Assembly: GCA_044376115.1 (NCBI GenBank)
Contig: JBILLK010000022.1
Span: 96,001-160,000, forward strand
DNA from: Polyangiaceae bacterium
Lineage (GTDB): Bacteria; Myxococcota_A; Polyangia; Polyangiales; Polyangiaceae
Length of the DNA: 64,000 nucleotides
Direction: 5' to 3'
The first letter of the stretch is position 1. Each line of letters begins with the position of its first letter. Below, in pieces: positions 9,391 to 18,772 of this stretch. Both the position numbers and the translations under genes were made by a program. The notes beneath the pieces are model-generated. The model searched no databases, was not told the DNA's origin, and saw only the letters and a list, made by a program, of their open reading frames with translations.

Positions 9391-10296
9391 CTACGGCGGC
9401 GTGAGCTGTGGCTCCTTGGCTAGCTTCTTGGCGAGCTCGGTGCGTTCGAGGCCGTAGCGCGGGTTGAGCAGTGTGGCGCGCACTTCGTTCGCGTCTTCCA
9501 CGCGACCGGCGCTGCGGTAGGCGCGGTAGCCGTTGTAGAGCAGCTCCTCACAACGAAGGCCGAGCCGCTTGCTCGCTGGGTCCTCGCAGCTGTCTTTGAA
9601 CAACGCGCGATAGCCGTCACCGGCCTGCCCGTAGAGCGTGGTCGAGTCGTTGGGTGGACCTGCGTCAGCGGCCCGCACCAGCTTCTCGACCGCTAAGCGG
9701 CGCACGTCGACGCGAATGCGCGCGAACGCGTCGCACGTCTCGTCGCCCGCCGAACCGACCGGCTTGCAGTAGCGCGCGAGATAGGCGTCGTTGTCCTTCG
9801 CGAGCAGCTCCACACACGCTGTTCGCGGCGGGACCGCACGCGTGGCTAGCAGGTTCAAGCTCTCGAGCGCCAACTGCGCCGCATACGGCCCGACCTCGGA
9901 GTTGGCCTCGAGCGCCAGTTCACGGAAGCCTTTGGCGGCCAGGTCGAAGCGGTCCGCTTCGAAGTGCACGCGCGCCCGGAAGTAGCGGCACTCTTCACTG
10001 CGGTCTTCCTCGGGGCAAGGGTTGGGGCGAATTCGCTCGGCCTCTTCCGCCTCGCGGCGCTTCCGGTTCCGCTCCAGCTTCTCTTTCGGGAAGTCGAGCT
10101 GATAGGGCTCTGCCACCACCAGGCAGCCATCACCCTTCACCTGGCTCTCCAGCTGGGCCGCGGCGGTGATCGCCGCGGTCGCGCTCGGTTGTTGTTGAGG
10201 GGCCGCGGGCACGACCTCTGTCGCGCCAGCCGCTGGTCCGCTCGGGCCGCAACCGCAAAAGCCCAGCCCAACCGAAAGCCAGATCGCAAAACGCAT
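9391..10296 (-). CDS. TPR-like lipoprotein
   Basis: MRFAIWLSVGLGFCGC signal; helical repeats YFRARVHFEADRFDLAAKGF and ELLYNGYRAY. Confidence 0.6.
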   Translation of the reverse strand: MRFAIWLSVGLGFCGCGPSGPAAGATEVVPAAPQQQPSATAAITAAAQLESQVKGDGCLVVAEPYQLDFPKEKLERNRKRREAEEAERIRPNPCPEEDRSEECRYFRARVHFEADRFDLAAKGFRELALEANSEVGPYAAQLALESLNLLATRAVPPRTACVELLAKDNDAYLARYCKPVGSAGDETCDAFARIRVDVRRLAVEKLVRAADAGPPNDSTTLYGQAGDGYRALFKDSCEDPASKRLGLRCEELLYNGYRAYRSAGRVEDANEVRATLLNPRYGLERTELAKKLAKEPQLTPP

Positions 10297-10360
10297 GGTG
10301 TTTCGTAGCCACTCGGCGCTGAAAGTTCCAGCCCGCGTGGTCGGGATGCGACTCAATACG

Positions 10361-10795
10361 TCAGAAGCGCGACGCGGCTAGCACCAGCGCATGCACGGTT
10401 AGCGCGATGAGCGCGAGCATTCCCACCGCGAAGGCTCGATTGCGATGCGGCTGCTTCGGCCGCAGGAAAAAGCCCGCGTGAACCAGGCGTGAGATCGCAT
10501 AGCCGCCAAAGTAGAGGGCGCTGAAGAGCGGCGGGCCGCCGAGCAGGACGAACGCGAGTCCGATGGCGAGGAAGAACGGCTGGCCCTCGGCGTCGTTGCG
10601 GAGCAGCCGCTGCGCGCGAACAACCCGCTCTACCTCGGCGGGCGGCTCGCTGCCTCGCCAATACGCGGCGTCCTCCGGATATTGAAAGGTCTTCGTGCGC
10701 ATCCGGGTGATGCCCTGAAGTCCCGCCGTGAAAACGAACTTCGCAAAAAGGGCCGCCGCGGCGAGGGTGTACCAGACGAGGGACATGCTAGACAT
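10361..10795 (-). CDS. MAPEG family membrane protein
   Basis: FQYPEDA, VERVVRAQRLLRNDAE..PFF, SRLVHA; four hydrophobic segments. Confidence 0.85.
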   Translation of the reverse strand: MSSMSLVWYTLAAAALFAKFVFTAGLQGITRMRTKTFQYPEDAAYWRGSEPPAEVERVVRAQRLLRNDAEGQPFFLAIGLAFVLLGGPPLFSALYFGGYAISRLVHAGFFLRPKQPHRNRAFAVGMLALIALTVHALVLAASRF

Positions 10796-10804
10796 GGGGG
10801 CAAC

Positions 10805-11605
10805 GTGGAGCCCTCATCCCTCGTCAGCTTGAACGATTCGGGCGCTAGTGACGAACGGGCGATCGTCGTGTCGGGCGGGGCCACGCACCAAGGTCTGAAG
10901 GCGCAAACGTCGAGCCACGCGCACTACGCGTGGAAGCTCCACGTGGGCGTGGACGCACCCGTGTGGCTCACGTCGAAGACGAAGTGTGTACCGGCTCGGC
11001 ATGAGGCCCACGTGCTGCTCGTCCCGCCGAACTTCGAGCACCGCACGGGAGGGGTCGGCTGGTCGGTCGCGCTGTTCGTCGAGCCCGGCTCGCGCGGTAC
11101 ACCCTTTCGCAATGTGGATGGACCAAGCGTGATCGAGGGCAACGCCGCGAGGGCCATTCGAGCGCGCTGTGCTGCGCTCCTGGCCCAGCCCGCGAGCGAT
11201 GCAGCCTCGATGTTCGAAGAGACGGTGTCGGGGCGGATCAATCCGGGGCGACACGAGGTCGATGTTCGCGTGCGCCGCGCGCTGCGGTCCATCGCTAGCG
11301 ATCCCTCGATCGCGCTCGCTGAGCTGGCTGCATCGCTGGGCGTCTCGCTCGATCGGCTCACGCACATGGTGTCGCAGTCGACGGGGGCTCCGCTCCGCCG
11401 CCACGTGCTTTGGCAGCGCCTGCTGCGCGTGCTCTCGGGTGGAACCCCGCGTGGCGCGCTGGCCCGCGTGGCACAGGACGCGGGCTTCGCGGATCACGCG
11501 CACATGACGCGAACGTTTCGGCGGCTGCTCGGCCGCGCTCCTTCCGAGTTCCGTGCGCCGCCGGTCGTGCTCGCGCCGTGGGCTCAGCGATCGCAGGAGC
11601 GCTGA
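10805..11605 (+). CDS. AraC family transcriptional regulator, divergent from the MAPEG gene
   Basis: HAHYAW cupin motif; C-terminal LAELAASLGVSLDRL and AGFADHAHMTRTFRRLLGRAPS; start uncertain. Confidence 0.88.
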   Translation: MEPSSLVSLNDSGASDERAIVVSGGATHQGLKAQTSSHAHYAWKLHVGVDAPVWLTSKTKCVPARHEAHVLLVPPNFEHRTGGVGWSVALFVEPGSRGTPFRNVDGPSVIEGNAARAIRARCAALLAQPASDAASMFEETVSGRINPGRHEVDVRVRRALRSIASDPSIALAELAASLGVSLDRLTHMVSQSTGAPLRRHVLWQRLLRVLSGGTPRGALARVAQDAGFADHAHMTRTFRRLLGRAPSEFRAPPVVLAPWAQRSQER

Positions 11606-12294
11606 ACCGCTTCATTGTGGCGTTGAATCGCCGCATCGAAACGAGCGTTTGCGGCCTGATCTCCAATCCAAACCTTGCGACGCGTGAAGAGCTCGCCGTA
11701 GGAGTCGACATTCCCCAGGTCGAGGAAGACGAAGGGGATCGAGCCCACCATCGCCCCAAGACCAGCGCCAGCGAGCGGCAGCATCGCGCCAAGGTCGGTT
11801 GCGCCGGTGACGGGGTCGGCCTCTGCGCTGAGCCCGACGGCAGCGCCTGCACCTGCGAGCGCCATCCCGCCGACGAGCAGGGTGATCCAGGTTGGGCGAG
11901 CCCAATAGACGAAGTCCCCCGATGAGTGGGGCTCGAGCGAACGCTCGTGATAGCGCGTGAGTTCAGGGTCGTTGAGGACGCCCAGCACCTGGTCCATCTC
12001 GAGCAGCTCTTCCCCGCGGTACACCGCGAAGCCCGAGCCTCCTCCCGAGATCGCAGCGGTTGGAGTGGCGTTGTAGACCGGCTGCCAGGCATTGCTCGCT
12101 GTCCCGATCGTAATCGAGCCGCCACCACCGATGCTCGCTCCACCGCTCGCGCGAGTTACGGTCAGCGAGTCGTCGTAGGCGCAGGCTTCTTTGGCATCAA
12201 AGGGTCGCGGGGGTGGCGGGCTTACCGGCGAAACGTGAGCACACCCGGGAGCGAGCAGCAGGAGGACGGCGAGACCTTGGCGAAGGGGCGTCAT
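11584..12294 (-). CDS. Hypothetical lipoprotein with two C-terminal TM segments
   Basis: Lipobox LAPGC; hydrophobic WITLLVGGMALAG and LAGAGLGAMVGSIPFV. Confidence 0.6.
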   Translation of the reverse strand: MTPLRQGLAVLLLLAPGCAHVSPVSPPPPRPFDAKEACAYDDSLTVTRASGGASIGGGGSITIGTASNAWQPVYNATPTAAISGGGSGFAVYRGEELLEMDQVLGVLNDPELTRYHERSLEPHSSGDFVYWARPTWITLLVGGMALAGAGAAVGLSAEADPVTGATDLGAMLPLAGAGLGAMVGSIPFVFLDLGNVDSYGELFTRRKVWIGDQAANARFDAAIQRHNEAVQRSCDR

Positions 12295-12683
12295 GGGGCA
12301 GAAATATGCCTTGCGCTACGCCCCTCGAAAACTCGAAAATTCAGCAGAACCTTCGCGGTACGCCGTCCGAAATATCGGACACTGTCTCCCAACCCGGACA
12401 GCTATTCCGGTCGCTTTCGCGGCGGCTCACCTTCGAAGATGCGGGCTCGCTCGAGCTGTCCGACGAACTACGCAATGAGCTGCGCAGGCTCGCCACAACA
12501 CCGCACTAGCCACGCGTCCGTTATAACAGATTTGACTTGACCCAACTGCCACGTCGTTTCACGTTCGCCGGGTGAACAGCGGCCATCGCCATCCCTTCGT
12601 TTCCTGTCCCGGGCCGGCCGGGGCCTAGCGAGCGTACTGCTCGCAGCTCCGGTCGGCGTAGCAACTGGAGAGGATGGTTGAGC

Positions 12684-13124
12684 ATGGATATCGCTACGAT
12701 TGCAGAGCCGCGTTCGCGTCACGTTTACACTCGTGTTGGAGAGGAAGACGTACTGGTTCGCCCACTTCGACGAGGCGATGAAGACGGCTATGTCGAGCCG
12801 CTTCAGTTTGGGCTCGTGGTGCTCGGTTCCACCAAGCTCGGCGGCCGTGAGGGCCCAGCGATCGCCAAGGCCCGTTTCACGCGCACCAACAGCACTTCGA
12901 GCACAGCCGTATTGGCCATCACTACGCCGGAGGATGAGGAGGGCTTCGAGGTCGGAACGTTGCTCTTGCGAGAGCTGATCACTGAGGCGCTGGAGCAGGG
13001 AGTGGACCGCTTCCGCACCGAGACCCATCACAATACGCCAGCGATGTTTCGGCTGCTCGCACGCTTCGGACGCATCAAGCTGCGACCGAGCGGAGTGCTC
13101 GAGCTCGCTATCGCACGCTCGTAG
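12684..13124 (+). CDS. Degenerate GNAT-fold protein
   Basis: RBS GGAGAGG upstream; LVRPLRRGD, VGTLLLRELITEALEQGVDRF, NTPAMFRLL. Confidence 0.55.
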   Translation: MDIATIAEPRSRHVYTRVGEEDVLVRPLRRGDEDGYVEPLQFGLVVLGSTKLGGREGPAIAKARFTRTNSTSSTAVLAITTPEDEEGFEVGTLLLRELITEALEQGVDRFRTETHHNTPAMFRLLARFGRIKLRPSGVLELAIARS

Positions 13125-13218
13125 TCGGGGCGGCGGGAATCGCGCGACAGCGTGCGCCTCCACCAATTCTCCACCTTGCAGCCCTGCTGACCACACAGGC
13201 GAGGGTTAGCCTCACACA

Positions 13219-14412
13219 ATGCGCGTTCGTTCGGCTTTGCCCGTCCTTCTCTCGGTCGTGCTTGCGAGTTGCCTGTGGCTCATCACGGTGCATCACGTTT
13301 ACTCGCCGGGGTCGAGTCTCGAGCCAGACCCATCGGGTGTACCACCGCGCGCACAAGAGCTCGCGAAGCGCCATCTGGCCCTGTGGTCGGACGAGCGGCT
13401 GAGGGCCAACGAACAAGTCCGCATGCGCGCGAGCAACGCCGAGTGGGACTTCATGGGCCGCAGCTTTCTGGCCTGGTCCTTCGCCAACCTCGCGCTGCGT
13501 CAACCCGCCGAGGCACCGCGCTACCTCAAAGCGATCGACGCCATCATCGATGAGACGCTCAAGCTCGAGGCCGAGCGCGGCATGCACCATTTTCTGATGC
13601 CGTACTCGCGGCGCGCGCCCTTCGTGATGCAACCGGAGCGCAGCCAGTTCCTTGATGGCGAGATCGCACTGATGCTCGCCCATCGTCTGCTGATCGCCCC
13701 GCGGGAGGACTATCGCAGCGAGCTGGTTCGGCGCGTCGAGGCGATGACCGCGCGCATGGAACAGAGCCCGGTGCTCAGCGCAGAGAGCTACCCCGACGAA
13801 TGTTGGACCTTCTGCAACACCGTCGCGCTGGCCGCCATCCGCGGCTCCGACGCGGTGACGGGTAGCGACCACTCAGAGCTCGCACGCCGCTGGGTCGAGG
13901 TCGCACGCGAGAAGCTGGTGGAGCCGGAGACTGGCCTTCTGATCGCGAGCTACACCGTGCGCGGCGAGCACCTCGACAAGGCCGAGGGTTCGAGCATTTG
14001 GCTGAGTGCCTCGATGTTGCAGCTCGTGGATGAGCCCTTCGCGCGGGAGCAATACAAGCTCGCGCGCAAGCAGCTTGGTCACGACCTCTTGGGCTTCGGC
14101 TGGGCGCGCGAATGGCCCGCCGGAGCGAAAGAGCAGGTGGATGTCGACTCCGGACCGATCGTCCCGTGGCTCGAAGTGAGCGCCGGATCGAGCGGGCTCG
14201 CGTTCGTCGGCGCCGCATCCTTCGGCGACAGCGCCTGGAACCGCGAGCTGCACACCACGCTCAACTTTGCGGGCTTCCCAACCAGGGACGAGTCGGGCCT
14301 GCGCTTCGCTGCGTCGAACCAAGTTGGGGACGCGGTGGTGCTGTATGCGCTCAGCTTGGGCCCGGCGTTTGACGCCTTCCGCGCACGCCTGCGCGAGAGG
14401 AGCGGCGTATGA
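13219..14412 (+). CDS. Linalool dehydratase/isomerase-like (alpha/alpha)6-barrel protein with N-terminal anchor
   Basis: N-terminal hydrophobic helix; ESYPDECWTFCNTVALAAI resembles LinD CEPDNYFVQCN; AREWP, DVDSGP. Confidence 0.6.
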   Translation: MRVRSALPVLLSVVLASCLWLITVHHVYSPGSSLEPDPSGVPPRAQELAKRHLALWSDERLRANEQVRMRASNAEWDFMGRSFLAWSFANLALRQPAEAPRYLKAIDAIIDETLKLEAERGMHHFLMPYSRRAPFVMQPERSQFLDGEIALMLAHRLLIAPREDYRSELVRRVEAMTARMEQSPVLSAESYPDECWTFCNTVALAAIRGSDAVTGSDHSELARRWVEVAREKLVEPETGLLIASYTVRGEHLDKAEGSSIWLSASMLQLVDEPFAREQYKLARKQLGHDLLGFGWAREWPAGAKEQVDVDSGPIVPWLEVSAGSSGLAFVGAASFGDSAWNRELHTTLNFAGFPTRDESGLRFAASNQVGDAVVLYALSLGPAFDAFRARLRERSGV

Positions 14413-14690
14413 AGTCCGGCAGGAAGATCGACCTCGTGCGTGGCGCTCCAACGCGCCTCGTGCTGGCCGCGCTCGCTCTCACCGCCTGCCTCGTGATCGC
14501 GCAACTCGCGGGGCTGCGCAGCTCGGTGAGCGTGCTGGCCACCGGCGCCTCCGCCGACTTGCTCGCTGGCCTCGTTTACGCAGCATCGTACTTTGCGGCG
14601 GTGCTGCTGGCCCCACCGCTACTGCTGGCGGCTCTGCTGATCGCGATCACGCGCTGGATGTGGCCGCAGGGGCAAGCCGTGGGTGAATGA
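14409..14690 (+). CDS. Small membrane protein coupled to the LinD-like gene
   Basis: ATGA overlap; two to three TM helices. Confidence 0.6.
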   Translation: MKSGRKIDLVRGAPTRLVLAALALTACLVIAQLAGLRSSVSVLATGASADLLAGLVYAASYFAAVLLAPPLLLAALLIAITRWMWPQGQAVGE

Positions 14691-14708
14691 AGTGGCGCTG
14701 GCGAGTGA

Positions 14709-16073
14709 CTACGCAAAGGGGCGACCCACCGTGACTCGGTCCTGCACGCAGGCGTAGCCGCCCTCCGCGAGCGGAAGCTCGAGCTTCAACTCGAGGTCGA
14801 GCGCGTCGCCGAAGCGAAGCAGCGGCTCCTCCGGCGGCCCGCGCAGCCAGCGTGCTTGCAAGAGCTCCACCTTCACGTCGACGTCCCCCAAACGCGCGCT
14901 GATTGCACGTTGCATTCGCTCCACCAGCGTCTCCGGCTCGCGCGCGCCGAGCTCGATCCCGGCGCACTCGAGATGTAGACGATCGAGCAAAACGCGCAGC
15001 CGACTCCAGGCGAGCGACCAGCTCAGCGGCACCACCGGCGCAGCCGACGCCAAGGTCACCGCGACGGGCGACTCGCTCGTCGAGCCGAACAGCGAGACAC
15101 CGCGCGCGCGCGCCTCGGCCAACTCGGAGAAGGGCGCTGGGCGATAGCCCATGACTCGCACCGGCGACAAGACGTTGTTCACCGTGGCCTCCCCGCAGAA
15201 GGCGTTGGCCATCGCAGCGCCGAGGGCGAGACCGCTGGAGACGCGCTGGCCGCTTACAGAAAAGGGCGTCGCTCCGACCATCAGGTGGCGGGCTCCCGCC
15301 GCCGCGCGCAGCTGCTCCCAGTCCTCGCCCAACGCGGTGAGCGGCGTTTCCTCGAGCGAGAGCACCACCGGCAGCGAGAGCTCGTTGGCCACACGAGCGA
15401 AGCTCGCGAGCAAGCGTTGGTCCCGCACAGGATTGAGCTCGGTCAGCACCACAGCACCGAAGAACGGTTCCATCCCAGGGTGGTTGTAGGGACGAAGCCA
15501 GTTATGGAAGGCCGTCCTACGAAGGCTCGCAGCGTTCTCGAAGTCGGCCGCAAGCTCTGCTGCATCGGCCGTAAAGAGGTCCAGTTCGACGCCGCGGGCC
15601 TCACGCAAGAGCCACGCGACCGCATGCCACGAGGCGCGTACGGCAGGAGCTGCGTGCTCGAGATCGGCGAGGGAGCGAGCTCGCTGCGCGCGCCCAGGGA
15701 GTGCGATGGCTGCGTCTGCGATCGCCCCATCGATCGAGCGAAGGTCCCGCAGCCGTCGATCCTCGAGATAGGGCGTTCGCTCGTCGCCCAGGAAGTCGCC
15801 CACCACGGCGAAGCGCGGTCGCAGCGGCGTTGCATAGCGCTTGAAGCCTGGAGCGAGCGAGCACGGGTCATCCTTGCGCGGTTCCAGTCGCAGCGGCGCT
15901 GGACAAATCAACGGAGCGGGCGTGAAGCGCCGCACAGCGCTCGCTCGCTCGCCGAGGCCGCGCTGCTCCAACGCGGTAGCGAGCCGCTCGCGTGCTTGAG
16001 CATCGTGGGCAGCGTTCAATTCGAGTGGGAGGAGGTCCTCGTTCAAGGCGCCAATTGTAGCCACAATGAGCAC
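14709..16073 (-). CDS. Fused, divergent T6SS sheath-like protein (TssB-like segment + TssC-like body)
   Basis: PRFAVVGDFLG..PYLEDRR (TssB-like); SWHAVAWLL, ELAADFENA, YNHPGMEPF, DQRLLASFARVA, WEQLR..ARHL (TssC-like). Confidence 0.6.
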   Translation of the reverse strand: MLIVATIGALNEDLLPLELNAAHDAQARERLATALEQRGLGERASAVRRFTPAPLICPAPLRLEPRKDDPCSLAPGFKRYATPLRPRFAVVGDFLGDERTPYLEDRRLRDLRSIDGAIADAAIALPGRAQRARSLADLEHAAPAVRASWHAVAWLLREARGVELDLFTADAAELAADFENAASLRRTAFHNWLRPYNHPGMEPFFGAVVLTELNPVRDQRLLASFARVANELSLPVVLSLEETPLTALGEDWEQLRAAAGARHLMVGATPFSVSGQRVSSGLALGAAMANAFCGEATVNNVLSPVRVMGYRPAPFSELAEARARGVSLFGSTSESPVAVTLASAAPVVPLSWSLAWSRLRVLLDRLHLECAGIELGAREPETLVERMQRAISARLGDVDVKVELLQARWLRGPPEEPLLRFGDALDLELKLELPLAEGGYACVQDRVTVGRPFA

Positions 16074-16129
16074 GCTACGCTTGGTGGTGCGCGAGGGTTA
16101 CGCGTTGAGCGGAACTCGCTCGCGTGCCG

Positions 16130-16810
16130 TTAGAGCAAGATCAGTCGGCCGGCGTAGCCTGTATGGCGATCGATCGCGGCGAGGTGCAGGTCGCGCAAAG
16201 GGCCTGGCAGGGCCAAAGCGATTTGAGCGTTGGTCCAGGCGGCGCTGCGCGCGGTGCGGATGCTGAAGCTCTCGAGTAGGTCATCAACGGGCCCGAGCGC
16301 CTCGTCGATCGCCTCCCCGAGCTGGTCGAAGAGCGCCTGCTTAGCGTCGGCCATCAGCTCGAACAGCAGGTCGTCAACGGCCTGATAGTCGTGATGTCGC
16401 TCGGTGCCCGTCTCGAGGTCATCACCGAGCTCAGCGGCCGTCGTCAGCAACGCCGAGACGAGGTCCCGATTGATGTGCGCGTTCATCCCAGCGAGCGCGA
16501 AGCGGAAGGCCGACTTGTCGCATTGGAAGCGCTTCTCCCGCAGCGGCCGCCACGCCCGTGCGACCTCATCTTCATGGGCGATCAACGCGTCTTGGTAGGT
16601 GCGAGCGAACACCACGTCGAGCCGCGAGACGAACACGGGGTCATTGACGTCGCCCGCGGCCACCTTGGCGATCACGCGCTCGGTCACGCTCAGATAGAGC
16701 GCATTGAAGTAGAGGAAACCGTCGTGAGGCGGCAGCGCTTTGCCAACCGCCCGCATCCAGGTCGCGACCTCGGGCAGGCTCGCGGAGCTATCAAGAATGG
16801 GAAGGCTCAT
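16130..16810 (-). CDS. DUF5995 family protein
   Basis: DGFLYFNALYLSVT, LDVVFARTY, ALAGMNAHINRDL, HHDYQAVD. Confidence 0.8.
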   Translation of the reverse strand: MSLPILDSSASLPEVATWMRAVGKALPPHDGFLYFNALYLSVTERVIAKVAAGDVNDPVFVSRLDVVFARTYQDALIAHEDEVARAWRPLREKRFQCDKSAFRFALAGMNAHINRDLVSALLTTAAELGDDLETGTERHHDYQAVDDLLFELMADAKQALFDQLGEAIDEALGPVDDLLESFSIRTARSAAWTNAQIALALPGPLRDLHLAAIDRHTGYAGRLILL

Positions 16811-17490
16811 GGCTTGCGCAGCGGCATATCCCAGTCAGCCAAGAAACCGTAGGCCCAAGGGTGGCTCGGCTCGTCAAACGGCGCCCACTCTTTCTTCGTC
16901 AATGGCCGCCCTTTGAGCTTGGGCAACTTCACCTTCGCCCAATCGATGGTGACGTCGACCTCCAGGTCTTCCGACATCATCGCCATCATCATTTCGTCCG
17001 AGTCAGGGCCATCCATGTCGAGCGCCGGCTTGTCGCCTTTGCCGCTGAACGTGATCGGCTCGGGGATTCCCTCCACGCGATAGGTGATGAAGGGATGCAG
17101 ATCGATCGAGGCGACCTTCTTGGTGCCCTCCCAACATTGCAGCACGATGGTCTCGCCGTAGAAGAGCGCGTGGTAAGCACCGTCACCGCTGCCGAGGTCA
17201 TCCAGCGCGGCGCGCTTGATCTCCTCCATCGTCCCGGCGACGAAGAACTCCGCCTTGCGCGAGCCGCCCGGCTCCACTTGGAACACCAAGCGGAAGTAGT
17301 GAACGAGATCCGTGGGGACCTGCTTCTTCGCGGCAGGCTTCTTCGCCGCAGCGGGCTTCTTCGCTGCAGCAGGCTTCTTCGCTGCAGCAGGCTTCTTCGC
17401 TGCAGCAGGCTTCTTCGCTGATGCAGGCTTCTTCGCTGCAGGCTTCTTCGCTGCAGGCTTCTTCGCTGCAGGCTTCTTCGCTGTGGCCAT
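16807..17490 (-). CDS. Protein with N-terminal histone H1-like PAAKK repeats and an acidic C-terminal domain of unknown function
   Basis: MATAKKPAAKKPAAKK..., about 9 KKPA units; stop overlaps the DUF5995 ATG. Confidence 0.75.
   Translation of the reverse strand: MATAKKPAAKKPAAKKPAAKKPASAKKPAAAKKPAAAKKPAAAKKPAAAKKPAAKKQVPTDLVHYFRLVFQVEPGGSRKAEFFVAGTMEEIKRAALDDLGSGDGAYHALFYGETIVLQCWEGTKKVASIDLHPFITYRVEGIPEPITFSGKGDKPALDMDGPDSDEMMMAMMSEDLEVDVTIDWAKVKLPKLKGRPLTKKEWAPFDEPSHPWAYGFLADWDMPLRKP
17331..17483 (-). repeat. Coding tandem repeat of 15/18-bp units (GCAGGCTTCTTCGCT on +) encoding AKKPA(A)
   Basis: Directly visible repeated gcaggcttcttcgct units. Confidence 0.9.
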
Positions 17491-17684
17491 CGCCGCCAAG
17501 TGTAGCGAACGGGCGTGCGCTGAGAAGCTACAACCCTTTGAGGAAGCGGCGTGCTTCGGTCACCGTCGGGTCGGGCACGTAGCCGCGCCAGGAAACCTTC
17601 GCCAGCACCTCGCGCGCTGGGCGCTCGGCTATTGGGCAATTCCGTAACACCGCGCGGTCGGGCGGCGGCGGTGGACGCATGAAC

Positions 17685-18770
17685 TCAGTCATTGGCCCCT
17701 CCGCTCGGAGTGCGGCGCAGCGCCTCGCGGATGCCCTCGTAGCCGCGCACGCCCCGGCCGAGCGCCTCGTCGAGCAGCCCGCGGCGCTCTTGGGCGACCA
17801 ACACGAAGCTGCACGCCGGGTTGCCGGCCGAGCGACACGCCACCTCCCGACAGCTGAGCCGCCGCTCAGCGACGTGGCTCATCATGCCGGAGAAGCAACC
17901 TGCGAGCAGATGGCACGAAAGGTCGCCCGACGTACCACCGGTGTTGCGGATCGCCCGTTTGGCATTCGCCAGAGCGCTACGTTGCACCTCGATTTGCAGC
18001 ACGCCCTCGGCCGCAAAGCCAAAGTCGAAGCTGGGCTTGCCCCAGCCGTGTTCGGAGAAGGTCGCTGAAACCAGCCGAGCCACCTCGGTCATCGACAGCT
18101 CCCCCAACGAGCCGGAGCCACGCTCCAGCGCCGTACCCTCCAGATCGATCGCGGTGCGCCGCCCCCATTGCACACCCCATTCGGTGGCGAAGATCTGCCA
18201 GCTCTCCGGCGCCAAGCGTTCGCAGGTCGCGCGCAACGCGGCGAAGAACGGCGCCGGGACGTCGACGAAGCGACGCTCGAGCGCGTCGCGCCTCACCCCT
18301 TGATCGATCTCGTGAGGAGCCAACGCGCGTTGCGCGATCGCCAGCGGGATATCGGAAGCGAGCGTGCGCGTGGACCCGACCTCGTTGCGGTTGATGATCA
18401 GGTAGACCCGCGTGCTCGAGGCGAGCACCATCTCGATCGTCACCTTCTGTTCACCGAAGGCGAAGCCGAACACATAGTCGAAGCTCTCGCGCGCGCCCAA
18501 GCGGCCAGCCGCGAGCATGCGTTGAAAGCGGCCGAAGAAGGTATCAGTCTTGGCGCAGCGAGCTATCTCGTCGAAGAAGCTGCGGCCGAGCACCTCGTTC
18601 TTGTCGAGCCGGGCTAGCCGCGACTCGTACAAGTTGTAACGCAGGACAAAGCCGAGGCTGTCCAAGCCGACGACGCCGAAAGGCAGCTGATCCAACTCCG
18701 ACTCGCTGGCCGCATCGATCCGCTCGATGCTGAAGGAGGTCGGGGCACTGGTAGGTTCTTGTTCAAACAT
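17685..18770 (-). CDS. Photoactive yellow protein (PYP)-like PAS domain fused to a V4R domain
   Basis: LDQLPFGVVGLD..VLRYNLYE..VLGRSFFDEIARC; V4R-like HGWG, CHLLAGCFSG, CREVAC..GNPACSF. Confidence 0.8.
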   Translation of the reverse strand: MFEQEPTSAPTSFSIERIDAASESELDQLPFGVVGLDSLGFVLRYNLYESRLARLDKNEVLGRSFFDEIARCAKTDTFFGRFQRMLAAGRLGARESFDYVFGFAFGEQKVTIEMVLASSTRVYLIINRNEVGSTRTLASDIPLAIAQRALAPHEIDQGVRRDALERRFVDVPAPFFAALRATCERLAPESWQIFATEWGVQWGRRTAIDLEGTALERGSGSLGELSMTEVARLVSATFSEHGWGKPSFDFGFAAEGVLQIEVQRSALANAKRAIRNTGGTSGDLSCHLLAGCFSGMMSHVAERRLSCREVACRSAGNPACSFVLVAQERRGLLDEALGRGVRGYEGIREALRRTPSGGAND

Positions 18771-18772
18771 CG

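Noticed and set aside
14709..16073. Complete T6SS or contractile injection locus
   Set aside because: Only one sheath-like gene; no tube, spike or baseplate genes nearby
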